A stretch of 64,000 nt of DNA from Labilithrix sp. (GTDB taxonomy: Bacteria; Myxococcota_A; Polyangia; Polyangiales; Polyangiaceae): positions 1,146,583-1,210,582 of the forward strand of contig JAXLYU010000005.1 in the NCBI GenBank assembly GCA_046351255.1. Direction: 5' to 3'. Below, piece by piece: positions 10,516-20,088 of this stretch. The position numbers were made by a program, and so were the translations under genes. Below the pieces are notes generated by a model, which was given only the letters and a program-made list of their open reading frames with translations, had not been told where the DNA came from and searched no databases. Within the stretch, counting starts at the first letter, position 1, and the number at the start of each line of letters is the position of its first letter.

Positions 10516-11322
10516 GTGTACGATGGCGATGTGGGTCGATTCACGGCGGGGCTCGTCATCCTTGCGACGGCGGCGGCAGGTCTCGTCGCGCTGGCGTGCA
10601 GCTCGTTCAGCGCGGACGGTAAGAACGACTCAGCGACCGTCGGCGATGCCGGTCGTGTGACCACCCCGGACGGTGCGAGTGCCCCCAGCTTCTGCGCGAC
10701 GGTGGACGCCGCCGCTCTGGTGCTCTGCGACGATTTCGATGATCGGTTCGACGCTGCTCCCTGGAGGCCCGAGCGGGGGGATCCCCAAGCGGCGTACCAG
10801 ATCACCGCCGACGCCTCGACGTCACCGCCGTCGAGCCTGGAGGCGGTGATAGCGCCTGGTCCCGATCCGAGCCCGGATGCCCGCTACCGCTTCGAGCTAC
10901 CGGGCTCACCGAAGCACATCGTCGTCTCGGGGATGCTGCGCGTACCCACCCGCGAGCTCAACGCTGGTGGCGTGCATGTCGCCATGATCCAGGTCGGCGA
11001 CATAGGCGGGGTCTTTCTGAACCTGAACGGCGACGTCGCCGAGGTCGTGATTCAAGACGGCGGACGGGAGTTTCAGTCGAGCCCAGGGGTCGGAGTGGTC
11101 CCCGCTGACTGGACGTCGTTCACGCTCGCGGTCGATCTCACGATCCCTGCCGCGTCGCTGCGGCTGGGCGACAAGGCGCTTGGACGCGTGCCCCTCGACA
11201 CGTCGAAGGCGGCGATCGAAGCCTTCACCCCATCGATCTACCTCGGTATCTGGGAAGGAAAGGCGTCTTCTCAGGTTGGGTTCGTCGCGCAGTTCGATGA
11301 CGTCGCGATTCGCGCTTACTGA
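10516..11322 (+). CDS. Lipoprotein of unknown function
   Basis: GTG start giving VGRFTAGLVILATAAAGLVALACSS (lipobox LAC). The rest of the listed 850-aa ORF upstream is an Arg-rich artefact. Confidence 0.5.
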   Translation: MYDGDVGRFTAGLVILATAAAGLVALACSSFSADGKNDSATVGDAGRVTTPDGASAPSFCATVDAAALVLCDDFDDRFDAAPWRPERGDPQAAYQITADASTSPPSSLEAVIAPGPDPSPDARYRFELPGSPKHIVVSGMLRVPTRELNAGGVHVAMIQVGDIGGVFLNLNGDVAEVVIQDGGREFQSSPGVGVVPADWTSFTLAVDLTIPAASLRLGDKALGRVPLDTSKAAIEAFTPSIYLGIWEGKASSQVGFVAQFDDVAIRAY

Positions 11323-11368
11323 GCGCGACGCAAGACAGACGCGGACCAAGCGATCAGGAAGGCGTCGA

Positions 11369-12622
11369 CTACTTCTTCGCTTGTGGCTCGAGCGACGGGC
11401 GCTCGTTGCCGAGGCCGAAGCCGTCGTGCAGCGCGCGCACCGCGAGCTCCGTGTACTTCTGGTGCACGAGGCAGCTCACCTTGATCTCCGACGTCGAGAT
11501 GGCCTGGATGTTGATCCCCTCGGCCGCGAGGAGCTTGAACATCTTCGCCGCGATGCCCGCGTGAGAGCGCATGCCGAGACCGACGATCGAGACCTTCACG
11601 ACGTCCTCGTCGTAGCGGACCTCGGTGGAGCCGAGCTTCTTGCCGATCTCCTCGATCCACGGACGGGCGCGCTGGAGGTCGGTCTGCGCGAGCGTGAACG
11701 TGACGTCGGCGCGGTCGCTCGCGCCGGTGGTCGCGTTCTGGATGATCATGTCGACGGAGACGTTCTTCTCCGCGAGATGCGAGAAGAGCTCCGCGACGAC
11801 GCCCGGCTTGTCGTGCAGGCCGATGACGTTCACGCGCGCCTCGTTCTTGTCGTAGGCGACGCCCGCGACGACGACGTCTTCCAGTGACTTGTCCTCCCCC
11901 GTCACCCACGTGCCCTGGGCATCGCTGAACGAGCTACGAACATGAACCGGAACGCCGTACTTCATCGCAATCTCCACGCTGCGGATCTGCAGCACCTTCG
12001 CGCCAAGTGACGCGAGCTCGAGCATCTCCTCGTAGGAGATCTTCGGAATCTTCTTCGCCGACGCGCAGATGTTGGGGTCGGTGGTGTACACGCCGTCGAC
12101 GTCGGTGAAGATCTCGCAGGCGTCGGCCTTGATGGCGGCAGCCACCGCGACGGCGGAGGTGTCCGAGCCGCCACGACCGAGCGTCGTGATGTTGCCCGCG
12201 TCGTCCGCGCCCTGGAAGCCCGCGATGACCACGATCTCGCCGCGCTTGCAGGCGTCGCGGATCTTCTCGCTGTCGATCGACTTGATGCGCGCCTTGGTGA
12301 ACGCGTCGTCGGTGAGGACCTTCACCTGGTGGCCGAGGAGCGAGCGCGCCTTGCCGCCCTCCGCCTGGATCGCCATCGAGGTGAGGGCGCAGGTGACCTG
12401 CTCGCCCGTTGCTGCGATGACGTCCATCTCGCGCTGATCCGGCACCTGGGTGACGTCGTGCGCGAGCTTGAGGAGGCGATTCGTCTCGCCGCTCATCGCG
12501 GAGACGACGACGACCACGTCGTTGCCTTCCTTCTGCGTCGCGAGCGCGCGCTTCGCCACGTTCTTGATGCGGTCGACGGTGCCGACCGACGTGCCACCGA
12601 ATTTCTGAACGATGAGAGCCAA
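11369..12622 (-). CDS. lysC: Aspartate kinase
   Basis: LIVQKFGGTSV (amino-acid kinase N-terminus), VVVVSAMSGETN, C-terminal ACT-domain repeats (VNVIGLHDKPGV..., VKVSIVGLGMRSHAG). TTG start at 12622 gives ~417 aa. Confidence 0.9.
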   Translation of the reverse strand: MALIVQKFGGTSVGTVDRIKNVAKRALATQKEGNDVVVVVSAMSGETNRLLKLAHDVTQVPDQREMDVIAATGEQVTCALTSMAIQAEGGKARSLLGHQVKVLTDDAFTKARIKSIDSEKIRDACKRGEIVVIAGFQGADDAGNITTLGRGGSDTSAVAVAAAIKADACEIFTDVDGVYTTDPNICASAKKIPKISYEEMLELASLGAKVLQIRSVEIAMKYGVPVHVRSSFSDAQGTWVTGEDKSLEDVVVAGVAYDKNEARVNVIGLHDKPGVVAELFSHLAEKNVSVDMIIQNATTGASDRADVTFTLAQTDLQRARPWIEEIGKKLGSTEVRYDEDVVKVSIVGLGMRSHAGIAAKMFKLLAAEGINIQAISTSEIKVSCLVHQKYTELAVRALHDGFGLGNERPSLEPQAKK

Positions 12623-12719
12623 GGGGCCGAGACGTCTATTCGGCCGAGCGCGATGCGTCAACACACGGGGAAGCCGCGGGGGTTGACCCCGCTCCGAAAT
12701 TCGTGGATATCGCCGCGCG

Positions 12720-13046
12720 GTGGGGCCGTACGCCGGATACATCGTGCAGACGCTGGTGACGCTGCTCGCCGTGTGCGCGCTCGCCTTCGTCGTGCTTTAC
12801 GGCGCGCGCCGCCTCGGCCTGGGCCGGCCGCGAGGCCCGATCTCCCTCGTGGGCCTGCTCCCGCTCGACGCCCGGCGCTCGATCTACCTCGTCAAGGTCG
12901 CGGGTCAGGTCATCGTCGTCGGCGCGTCCGAGGCCGGCTTCACGAAGCTCGGCGAGCTCTCCGCGGACGACGTCCCGGAGGACGTCCCCGCCGCCGCGGG
13001 CCCGTTCTCCGACGTGCTCGCGCGCGTACTGAAGACGAAGAAATGA
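12720..13046 (+). CDS. FliO-like small membrane protein
   Basis: Single TM (LVTLLAVCALAFVVLYGARRL), then SLVGLLPLDARRSIYLVKVAGQVIVVGASEAGFTKLGEL, matching the FliO pattern. Immediately upstream of fliP. Confidence 0.5.
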   Translation: MGPYAGYIVQTLVTLLAVCALAFVVLYGARRLGLGRPRGPISLVGLLPLDARRSIYLVKVAGQVIVVGASEAGFTKLGELSADDVPEDVPAAAGPFSDVLARVLKTKK

Positions 13047-13059
13047 GCGCGCGGTCCCC

Positions 13060-13728
13060 ATGACCGACTTCCTGGGAAAGCCGATCGCGCTCGTCGTCGC
13101 GCTCGCGCTGGTCTCGCTCCTTCCGTTCGTCTTCATGGGCGTCACCGCCTTCGTGAAGATCTCGACCGTCCTCCAGATCGTCCGGAGCGCGATCGGCGCG
13201 CAGTCGGTGCCCTCGAACACGGTCATCATGGCGCTCGCGACGTCGCTGACGCTCATCGCGATGGCGCCCGTCGGCCAGCGCATCTTCGATCGCGCCGCGC
13301 CGCTGGCGGCTCAGGCGGAGAAGAAGAACCAGGACACGAGCGCGCTCATCGAGCAGGGCGTCCTCGCCGTCAGCGAGCCGATGCGCGATTTTCTCGCGAA
13401 GAACTCCGCGGAGAAGGAGCAAACGCGCTTCCTCCTCGTCGCGAAGAACGCCCGGCCGGAGGCGGAGCGCGACAAGGTCGGCGCAAAGGACCTCTCCGTG
13501 CTCGTGCCCGCCTTCGTGGTGACGGAGCTGACGGAGGCCTTCGCCATCGGCTTCCTCATCTACCTGCCGTTCCTCGTCATCGATCTCGTGATCGCCAACG
13601 TGCTCCTCGCGCTCGGCATGCAAATGCTGAGTCCCACGCAGGTGAGTCTGCCCTTCAAGCTCCTCCTCTTCGTCGCCATCGACGGCTGGGGGCTCTTGGC
13701 GCAGGCCCTCGTTCAAGGCTACAGATAG
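13060..13728 (+). CDS. fliP: FliP/SctR family export-apparatus protein (flagellar or T3SS type)
   Basis: TAFVKISTVLQIVRSAIGAQSVPSNTVIMALATSLTLIAMAPV and C-terminal LPFKLLLFVAIDGW are characteristic FliP/YscR motifs. 222 aa. Confidence 0.85.
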   Translation: MTDFLGKPIALVVALALVSLLPFVFMGVTAFVKISTVLQIVRSAIGAQSVPSNTVIMALATSLTLIAMAPVGQRIFDRAAPLAAQAEKKNQDTSALIEQGVLAVSEPMRDFLAKNSAEKEQTRFLLVAKNARPEAERDKVGAKDLSVLVPAFVVTELTEAFAIGFLIYLPFLVIDLVIANVLLALGMQMLSPTQVSLPFKLLLFVAIDGWGLLAQALVQGYR

Positions 13729-13734
13729 CCCGCG

Positions 13735-13950
13735 ATGCGGGTCGTCCTCCTTCTTCTCTCCTGCGTGACGCTCGGGACCCTCGCGTGCGATCAGCTCAAC
13801 AAGCCGATGCCCGTGCCCCCGAGCGGCAGCTCCGCGTCCTCGACCGGCTCCTCGTCGACCCCCGTCGACGCCGGGCGCGACGCGGATCTCCCGGCGCTTC
13901 CGGGGGAAGGACCGCACGTCACCCCCCAGCCGGGCGACGTTCAGCTCTGA
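13735..13950 (+). CDS. Small putative lipoprotein
   Basis: MRVVLLLLSCVTLGTLACD (lipobox) followed by a low-complexity S/P-rich sequence. 71 aa. Confidence 0.3.
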   Translation: MRVVLLLLSCVTLGTLACDQLNKPMPVPPSGSSASSTGSSSTPVDAGRDADLPALPGEGPHVTPQPGDVQL

Positions 13951-14016
13951 TTCGTCGCGGCGGTGCTTGACATCGTCCGCGGCGCGAATAGAGTCCGCCG
14001 TCCCAATCAAGGAATT

Positions 14017-14089
<73 letters not shown>

Positions 14090-14434
14090 CTACTCAGAGC
14101 CGATGCCGAAAGGTGCGCCGGCGCGCGAACCGCGCCCTCTGGCTCGATGCGTGCTCGATGCGCCTTGGCTCCCCGCGACGGAGAACCCGACCAAGACGGC
14201 GCTGTCCGGTCGTGGCATCGAGCTCGTGCGTGATTGTGTAGAATACATGCAATCGGTCCGGCTCGCGCCCGCTGGCGCCAGAGAGAGGACGACCGCCGCT
14301 CGTCGGGCCACCTCACGACGCCCGGGCTGTCGCAGCCGCGCGATGGTCCGGAGCGCGTGAGAACACGCAGCGCACCGCGTCATGACAGTTTCCCGAACGC
14401 CGGTGGTCGACAAGAGGTTAATCTGAGCGTCCCA

Positions 14435-15082
14435 ATGTTCAGCCCGCGCGCCATGATTCAGGCGGCAGTAGGTTACGTGCGTAAGAACCCCGACGAGGTC
14501 GTACGCGCTGCCGTGAACGCGACGGGCCTACGCTTTGGCGTGCCGATCGCGACGCTGCGGTGGTTCGCCGGCCAGATCCAGGGCGCCAAGGCGCCGAAGG
14601 ACGTCGAGATATCGAGCGCGCCGCCGGCGCTCCGCTTCTCGGCCGTGGTCGACGCGATGGGCACGGCGGTCCGCGCCTCGGCGGCGATCAAGATCGACGA
14701 GGTGACGATCACGGAGGACTCGCTGCGGGTGGGCGTGCGCCTCCGCGAGGTGAAGCTCGCGCTCGTCGGCGACAGCGAGTCGCCGGTGGCCACGCTCATC
14801 AAGTCGGGCGCGCTCGACCTCTCGAAGCCGGGCAACCTCGTGAAGTTCATTCCAAAGCGGCCGGCCGCGGTCGTCGAGGCGGAGGGCGACCGCGTCGTCG
14901 TCGACCTCATGAAGGTCCCGAAGCTCGCCAATGACCCGCGCATCCGTCGCGCGCTCGGCATCCTGTCGCCGGTGCTCGGCATCCGGGCCATCGAGACGGA
15001 TCGCGACCATCTCTATGTGAAGCTTCGTGCCACACCGGCTGGCCTGCCCGAAGCGCTCGGCAAGCTGCGCGCGCCCGCGTAA
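14435..15082 (+). CDS. Hypothetical protein
   Basis: Protein-like composition from MFSPRAMIQAAVGYV... The upstream part of the listed ORF is Arg-rich. Confidence 0.4.
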   Translation: MFSPRAMIQAAVGYVRKNPDEVVRAAVNATGLRFGVPIATLRWFAGQIQGAKAPKDVEISSAPPALRFSAVVDAMGTAVRASAAIKIDEVTITEDSLRVGVRLREVKLALVGDSESPVATLIKSGALDLSKPGNLVKFIPKRPAAVVEAEGDRVVVDLMKVPKLANDPRIRRALGILSPVLGIRAIETDRDHLYVKLRATPAGLPEALGKLRAPA

Positions 15083-15096
15083 ACTGCGGGGCCGTC

Positions 15097-15567
15097 ATGC
15101 TCCGCGCTTCCTTGTTCGTTCTCGCGACCGCGGTGTTCGTGCCGCTGTCGGTCGTCGTGGCCTGCAACGATGTGGAGACGACGTACGCGCCAGATGCGGG
15201 CAATCGCGTCTGCGATCCCGGCCCGTTCACCTTCGGCGGTGACAACGAGAATCATGCGTCGGTCGTCGGCCTCGGCTCGAAGCCGAGCGCGCCCGCGTGC
15301 TCGTCGGACGGGACCACCTTCGACGTGATCAACAAGCTGCCGCGCGGCGGCTGGTATCTCGTTGGCTGGTCGGCGCAGATCAACGGCACGCAGGACAAGA
15401 GCGGCCAGGGCGAATGCCTGGTCATCTCGAGCTGCCGGTGCGTCGCCGGACCGGCCGACACGACGCCCGTGCCGACGCCGACCGATGCCGGCGCCGACGC
15501 CGACGCGGCGGCGGAGCCCGCGCCCGAGCCGTCGCCGTCGAGCGACGCCCACTGGGACTGCCGCTAA
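15097..15567 (+). CDS. Cys-rich secreted lipoprotein
   Basis: Signal peptide + lipobox (VVACND); 8 further Cys after the lipobox; Ala/Pro-rich C-terminus. Confidence 0.5.
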   Translation: MLRASLFVLATAVFVPLSVVVACNDVETTYAPDAGNRVCDPGPFTFGGDNENHASVVGLGSKPSAPACSSDGTTFDVINKLPRGGWYLVGWSAQINGTQDKSGQGECLVISSCRCVAGPADTTPVPTPTDAGADADAAAEPAPEPSPSSDAHWDCR

Positions 15568-15582
15568 ATTGAGCTCACGCGA

Positions 15583-16125
15583 TCACGCGAGCTCGTCGCG
15601 CGCTTCCTGATCTTCCCCGAGGGCGCAGAGCGCGCGCTCGAGGTCGATCTCGCGAACGCCCGCGTCGAGGCGCGCGCGCTCCCCCCACCATGCGGACTTG
15701 TCCGGCGGTGTTCCGAGGAGCGCTTCGTTGTAGTCCTCCGGCTCGAGCAGCAGCACGGCCTCGCGGGCCGCTTCGAGCTGGTTGTCGAGGAACTCGAGCT
15801 CTACGCCGATCTCCGTCGCGCCGGACTTCACCGCGCGGTCGAGCGTGGCGCGAGCGGAGACCGCGAAGTACACCCATTCTTCCGCGTCAGGGCGCTCATC
15901 CATGCCTTCCGCGAAGGCAGCGGCGGCGTGCTCCAGCTCGACGCGAACGCGGATGGAGCCGAGAGCGGTGAGGAGCCCGCGCGCGGTGTGAGCAATCGCG
16001 GACGGCTTTCCTTTGGCGATGGCGCGACGACAGGCCTCGAGGTCGAGCCGGTACCGTCCGAGGACGATCATCGGATCGTGGCTGATGTCGGTGAGCGTGA
16101 TCCGAGCGAGCGCGTGGAGAGTCAT
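15583..16125 (-). CDS. Hypothetical protein, translationally coupled downstream of the ECF-like sigma factor
   Basis: Start at MTLHALARI... (ATG 16125) overlaps the sigma stop by 4 nt. Confidence 0.4.
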   Translation of the reverse strand: MTLHALARITLTDISHDPMIVLGRYRLDLEACRRAIAKGKPSAIAHTARGLLTALGSIRVRVELEHAAAAFAEGMDERPDAEEWVYFAVSARATLDRAVKSGATEIGVELEFLDNQLEAAREAVLLLEPEDYNEALLGTPPDKSAWWGERARLDAGVREIDLERALCALGEDQEARDELA

Positions 16126-16931
16126 CGCGAGGCCTCGTCTCGCATCCCGCCTTCGGCGGATCCGCGGCAACCGGAGTTCAGAGTCTCGTGGTTCTCGTTG
16201 AGCGGAGGGGGAGGAGTCGTGCGAGGTGCCATCACGCGTGCCCGGACCCAGTCTCGCGCCCGTTGCAGCAGCTTGTCGACGCGGGCGCGCGCGCGCCGGC
16301 GTCGGGCGATGGCATCTTCCATCGCGGTGGTCTCTCGCGCGCGAACGCTGGTGTCGTCGACATAGGGTCTCCCGCTGGGGACAGCGAGCGACTCGCGCTC
16401 GACCTCACGGTCGACGAGCAGGTCAATCGGAGTCCCTTCGAGATATACGGCCACGAGCACCTCGCGATAACGGGGGGGCGCGGTGTGAAGCACGTGCACC
16501 ACCTGATCGATGAGCGCCTTCTCCCCGCGCTCCTCCTCCGCGCGTTCGAGGGCCGAGTGCGGATCGAGCCCGGAAGAGGCGAAGAAGTCCTCCTCGTAGC
16601 ACTCGGTCTTCTCGTAAACGCCGGAGGCCTCGCGGTGGTAATCACGCGCGCGGTTCTTCGCCGCGACGGCCAGATAACCGTCCTCGAATCCCGGCTCGAC
16701 GGATCCGGCGACGATGCGGTCGAGGACCGACAACGTCACGGACTGAGCAAGGTCCTCACGCGACTGCGGAGGAATCCCATTTTGCGAGAGGACGCGCACT
16801 GCCTCGGAGCGGAGAATCCCGGCGAGCTCGTCGCGCGCGCACCGATAGTGGTGTTCGCTCTCGAGCCCGGCCGCCCGCATCGCACGCGCCCCCATCGCCG
16901 CGCGTCCAACGACACGCGCCGCGCTATTCAT
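16122..16931 (-). CDS. ECF-like sigma-70 family sigma factor (divergent)
   Basis: GGGAGG Shine-Dalgarno 4 nt upstream of the ATG at 16931. Region 2-like EDLAQSVTLSVLDRI...GYLAVAAKNRARDYHR. Region 4-like LHTAPPRYREVLVAVYLEGTPIDLL. Confidence 0.55.
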   Translation of the reverse strand: MNSAARVVGRAAMGARAMRAAGLESEHHYRCARDELAGILRSEAVRVLSQNGIPPQSREDLAQSVTLSVLDRIVAGSVEPGFEDGYLAVAAKNRARDYHREASGVYEKTECYEEDFFASSGLDPHSALERAEEERGEKALIDQVVHVLHTAPPRYREVLVAVYLEGTPIDLLVDREVERESLAVPSGRPYVDDTSVRARETTAMEDAIARRRRARARVDKLLQRARDWVRARVMAPRTTPPPPLNENHETLNSGCRGSAEGGMRDEASR

Positions 16932-17218
16932 GGAACCTCCCGCTGCAATGAAGGATAGCCACGCAGGGGAATGGACGGAGGATCCTCCAGGTCCTGACAG
17001 ACCCATCGCCATTTAGGGAGGACGCCGCCCCACGCTGTCTCCATCTCCCGAGCTTACGATCCCCACCGGCCTCCTCGATTCTCCGAGATTCGAGGGCCTG
17101 GCACTCCCCACGGCCCACCTACCGCCGTTCTGGTGTGGGGCCCCGCCACCGTTCGCCCCACCTGCGAGCCCCTCCGATTTCCGAAGCCGAGCTGAGCGCA
17201 GTCGTCAGGCGTGACTCG

Positions 17219-18898
17219 TCACGGCGTGCAGGGCTGGCAGCCCGGAGCGCCTTCGACCATGCACGGGAGGCCGTTCACCTTGATCGCCTGAGCGGCCGAC
17301 GGCTTGTCCTTGCAGTACGTCGAGGCCACGCAGTGCGCGGGGCAGCTCATCGCTTCGCCGCCGCTGCCCGGCTCCGTCGTGACCGGCGGCGCCGTCGTCG
17401 ACTCGAGATGGCCTTCGAGCTTGCCGCAGAGCGCCGCGTGCTGCGTCTGGAAGCGCGTCGGGTAGCCCTCGCGGTGATGCACGTCGTTCAGCTTCGCCTC
17501 CGGATACGGGATCGGGATCCAGCGGCCCTTCGCGTCCATCTCCGTGAAGAAGTTCTTGTCGAACTTGAAGCGCTCCGCGCGGCGCTCGTACTTGACGACG
17601 AGCCCGTCGGGGTTCGCGATCGTGCCCTTGATGTCCGAGAACTCCGGATCTGCGGAGAGGTGCTCGTAGAGCTTCATCGCGAGGAGCTCGTCGATGGTGG
17701 CGCTGCCGTCGAAATACGAGTTCCAGTACGAGCCGTCGATGTAGCCGACTTCCATTACCTTGCGGGTGGCGTCCTCGTTCGCATAACCCTCGTGGTTGTA
17801 CGAATACCGAATATCGACGTCGCGGACCTCGAGGCCGAAGAGCGAGAGCATGTCGCGGTAGTGGAACGTCTTGCCGCCGGCCACCGTCTTCGGCGTCCGG
17901 CCGATCGCGTCCTTGACCGCGGGTGTCCACCTCGCGGGCGTGCTCCCGGAGCGACACTCGAGCAGCTCGTGGAGGAAGAGCGCGCCGAATTTATCGAAGT
18001 TCGGGTGGCTCTCGATCTTCTCCGCTGCCGACTGCGCCATGAGGCGATTCATGAGCACGCCGAAGCGGAGCGACGGACGGAACGCGAACGAGCGCGAGAC
18101 GTTCTCGATCTGCTCGCTCGTGTCCTGGCGATATGGATAGCTCGGATAGACGTCGATCCCGCGGAGGCGCGCCTTCACGTTCGCCGCGTCGTAGAGCGGG
18201 GCATAACGCGGGAGGTGCTTCGTCGACACCTCGGTGCGGAACTGCTTGTAGTCGGAGCTCTCGCGGGCCTCGACCGGCTTCGACGTATCCGTCAGCTCGT
18301 CGTTGTCGCTGCCGTAGAACGACGGCCAGTCCGGGTACATCGCGAAGATGGGTCGGTCGTTCTTGCCGTGGCACTTCGAGCATTTGCGGCCCGGCTCCGG
18401 CATGTCCGCCTCGGTCTGCCACCTTGGCGCGTGCGCGTCGTCGAACTGGAGGGCCGACAGGTGGAAGCTCTTCGTCGCGGCGTCGAACTCGAGCACGTCG
18501 AGGCGGTTCGGCTCCGTCTGACCGGACGCGCCGCCGTTGTAGCTGATCGAGAAGCCGCTCCGCTCGTCCCACAGCACCGCGCGCGGCGCGGTCGGCGAGG
18601 ATGACTGCGAGACGACCTGCTCGATGAGGTGACCGTTCTCACCCTTGTAGAGACGACCGTGCTTCAGCGTGAAGTTGATCCGGAAGTCGCCGGGCAACGC
18701 CGCCGGGAGCTGATCGAGGGAGACGAGCGGCGCGGCCATCTGCGCGAGCCGGTCCCTCGACATCGGTGGTGAGCTCGGATCGATCAGCGCTCCGTCGTCC
18801 TGGGCCACGTCCTCGCCGTCCGTGGTGACAGCGCAGGCTGCGCCGAGGAGGCCGATACCGAAGGCCGCGAGGACAGAACGAAGACGCATGGCCTGCAT
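17219..18898 (-). CDS. Secreted lipoprotein with a single CxxCH haem-binding motif (putative c-type haem protein)
   Basis: Signal peptide with LGAAC lipobox; RKCSKCHGKND (CxxCH). 559 aa. Confidence 0.6.
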   Translation of the reverse strand: MQAMRLRSVLAAFGIGLLGAACAVTTDGEDVAQDDGALIDPSSPPMSRDRLAQMAAPLVSLDQLPAALPGDFRINFTLKHGRLYKGENGHLIEQVVSQSSSPTAPRAVLWDERSGFSISYNGGASGQTEPNRLDVLEFDAATKSFHLSALQFDDAHAPRWQTEADMPEPGRKCSKCHGKNDRPIFAMYPDWPSFYGSDNDELTDTSKPVEARESSDYKQFRTEVSTKHLPRYAPLYDAANVKARLRGIDVYPSYPYRQDTSEQIENVSRSFAFRPSLRFGVLMNRLMAQSAAEKIESHPNFDKFGALFLHELLECRSGSTPARWTPAVKDAIGRTPKTVAGGKTFHYRDMLSLFGLEVRDVDIRYSYNHEGYANEDATRKVMEVGYIDGSYWNSYFDGSATIDELLAMKLYEHLSADPEFSDIKGTIANPDGLVVKYERRAERFKFDKNFFTEMDAKGRWIPIPYPEAKLNDVHHREGYPTRFQTQHAALCGKLEGHLESTTAPPVTTEPGSGGEAMSCPAHCVASTYCKDKPSAAQAIKVNGLPCMVEGAPGCQPCTP

Positions 18899-19044
18899 TC
18901 AGCATCATGTATGCCACTGTAGGTGGGTCGGGGTGATGGGATCGATCGTGCGAAATCGCGGCTGAAAACCGCTGATTCCGTCCTTGCCGGAACCGCCCCT
19001 GGTGTCCCGATCGTGCGACGCTGATCCACGATCGACGCCCAGCT

Positions 19045-20019
19045 TCATCGGCTCGCCCGTCCGTCGTGGCCGACGGCGGCGACGAGGCCGTAGACGCCAT
19101 ACTCGATCAGGTACGGCAGCGCGTGGTCGGGGTAGGCCTCCTTCGCGAGCGCGGTGATGGCCTTGCCATTGGCACCGGCGGCGCCGTGCTCCGCGACGTA
19201 CCGTGTGACGATCTCGTTCATACGCGCGAGATACGCCTTCTGCTCGGTCACCGCCGCGTCGACCGTGGTCTGCGTGCCGCGGCCGCCGTACACCGTCGCG
19301 CCCTCGTACGCGCGGAGCTCGTCGAGCGCGAGCGCCCACGAGGCGAGATCCGGGGCCGGCTTGCCGTCGACGATGCCGCCCTCGAGCCAAGCGTGCGCGC
19401 CGTGATGCACGAGATCCCCCACGACGAGGGCGTCGAGCTGCGGAACGAACGCGACCGTCTGCGTGGATGATACGCCGGCGTGCTGGAGCTCGTGCAGGCG
19501 CACCTTCGTCGCGCCCTCGAGCGGCAGGTCGAGGTCACCCCGGAAGGTGACGTCGATCCGTGCCTGCGCGGGGTAGGTCGCCTCGGTGAAGGCGTGCGCG
19601 ACGTTCACGAAGTAGCCCTTCTTGTACGCATGCACGCCTGGGATCGCGCGCGCGGTGCTCTCGCTCGCGACGACCCTCGCGCCGATCTTCTGGAACGCGC
19701 TCGCGCCGTTGAACTTGTCGGGGTTCGGATGGGTGACGACCACCCAGCGGATGGGGCTCGCCGTCTTCGCGCGAATCTCGGCGATGAGCTGGCTCGCGTA
19801 GCCCTCCGTGAACTGGGCGTCGAACACGACGACCTCGCGGCCCGTGTCGAGCCAGAACGAATGCGTGTCGAAGCCCGTTGCGTCCGACGTGAAGGTCTCG
19901 AGCCCGCGCGCGCGGTCGGGGGTGACCATCGAGGACGACGCGGAGCCCGGGCCCGGATCACGCGCATCGGCGCAGGCCACGAGGAGGAGGGCGGAGAGAG
20001 CGGCAGTGAGGATTCGCAT
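19045..20019 (-). CDS. Metallo-beta-lactamase-fold lipoprotein
   Basis: LLLVACAD lipobox. WVVVTHPNPDKFNG (MBL HxHxD-type motif variant) and downstream His residues (HELQHAG, HHGAHAW). Confidence 0.65.
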   Translation of the reverse strand: MRILTAALSALLLVACADARDPGPGSASSSMVTPDRARGLETFTSDATGFDTHSFWLDTGREVVVFDAQFTEGYASQLIAEIRAKTASPIRWVVVTHPNPDKFNGASAFQKIGARVVASESTARAIPGVHAYKKGYFVNVAHAFTEATYPAQARIDVTFRGDLDLPLEGATKVRLHELQHAGVSSTQTVAFVPQLDALVVGDLVHHGAHAWLEGGIVDGKPAPDLASWALALDELRAYEGATVYGGRGTQTTVDAAVTEQKAYLARMNEIVTRYVAEHGAAGANGKAITALAKEAYPDHALPYLIEYGVYGLVAAVGHDGRASR

Positions 20020-20088
20020 GCCGTGAACCTAGCCTCGACGCCCTTGTCCGCCTCGCCGGCTTTGGACAAACTATAAGGCGAAACGGAC

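Noticed and set aside
8770-11322. 850-aa plus-strand ORF spanning the transporter and lipoprotein region
   Set aside because: The first ~580 aa are Arg-rich nonsense overlapping a well-formed ArsB/NhaD permease in another frame. Only the last ~268 aa, the lipoprotein from GTG 10516, are credible.
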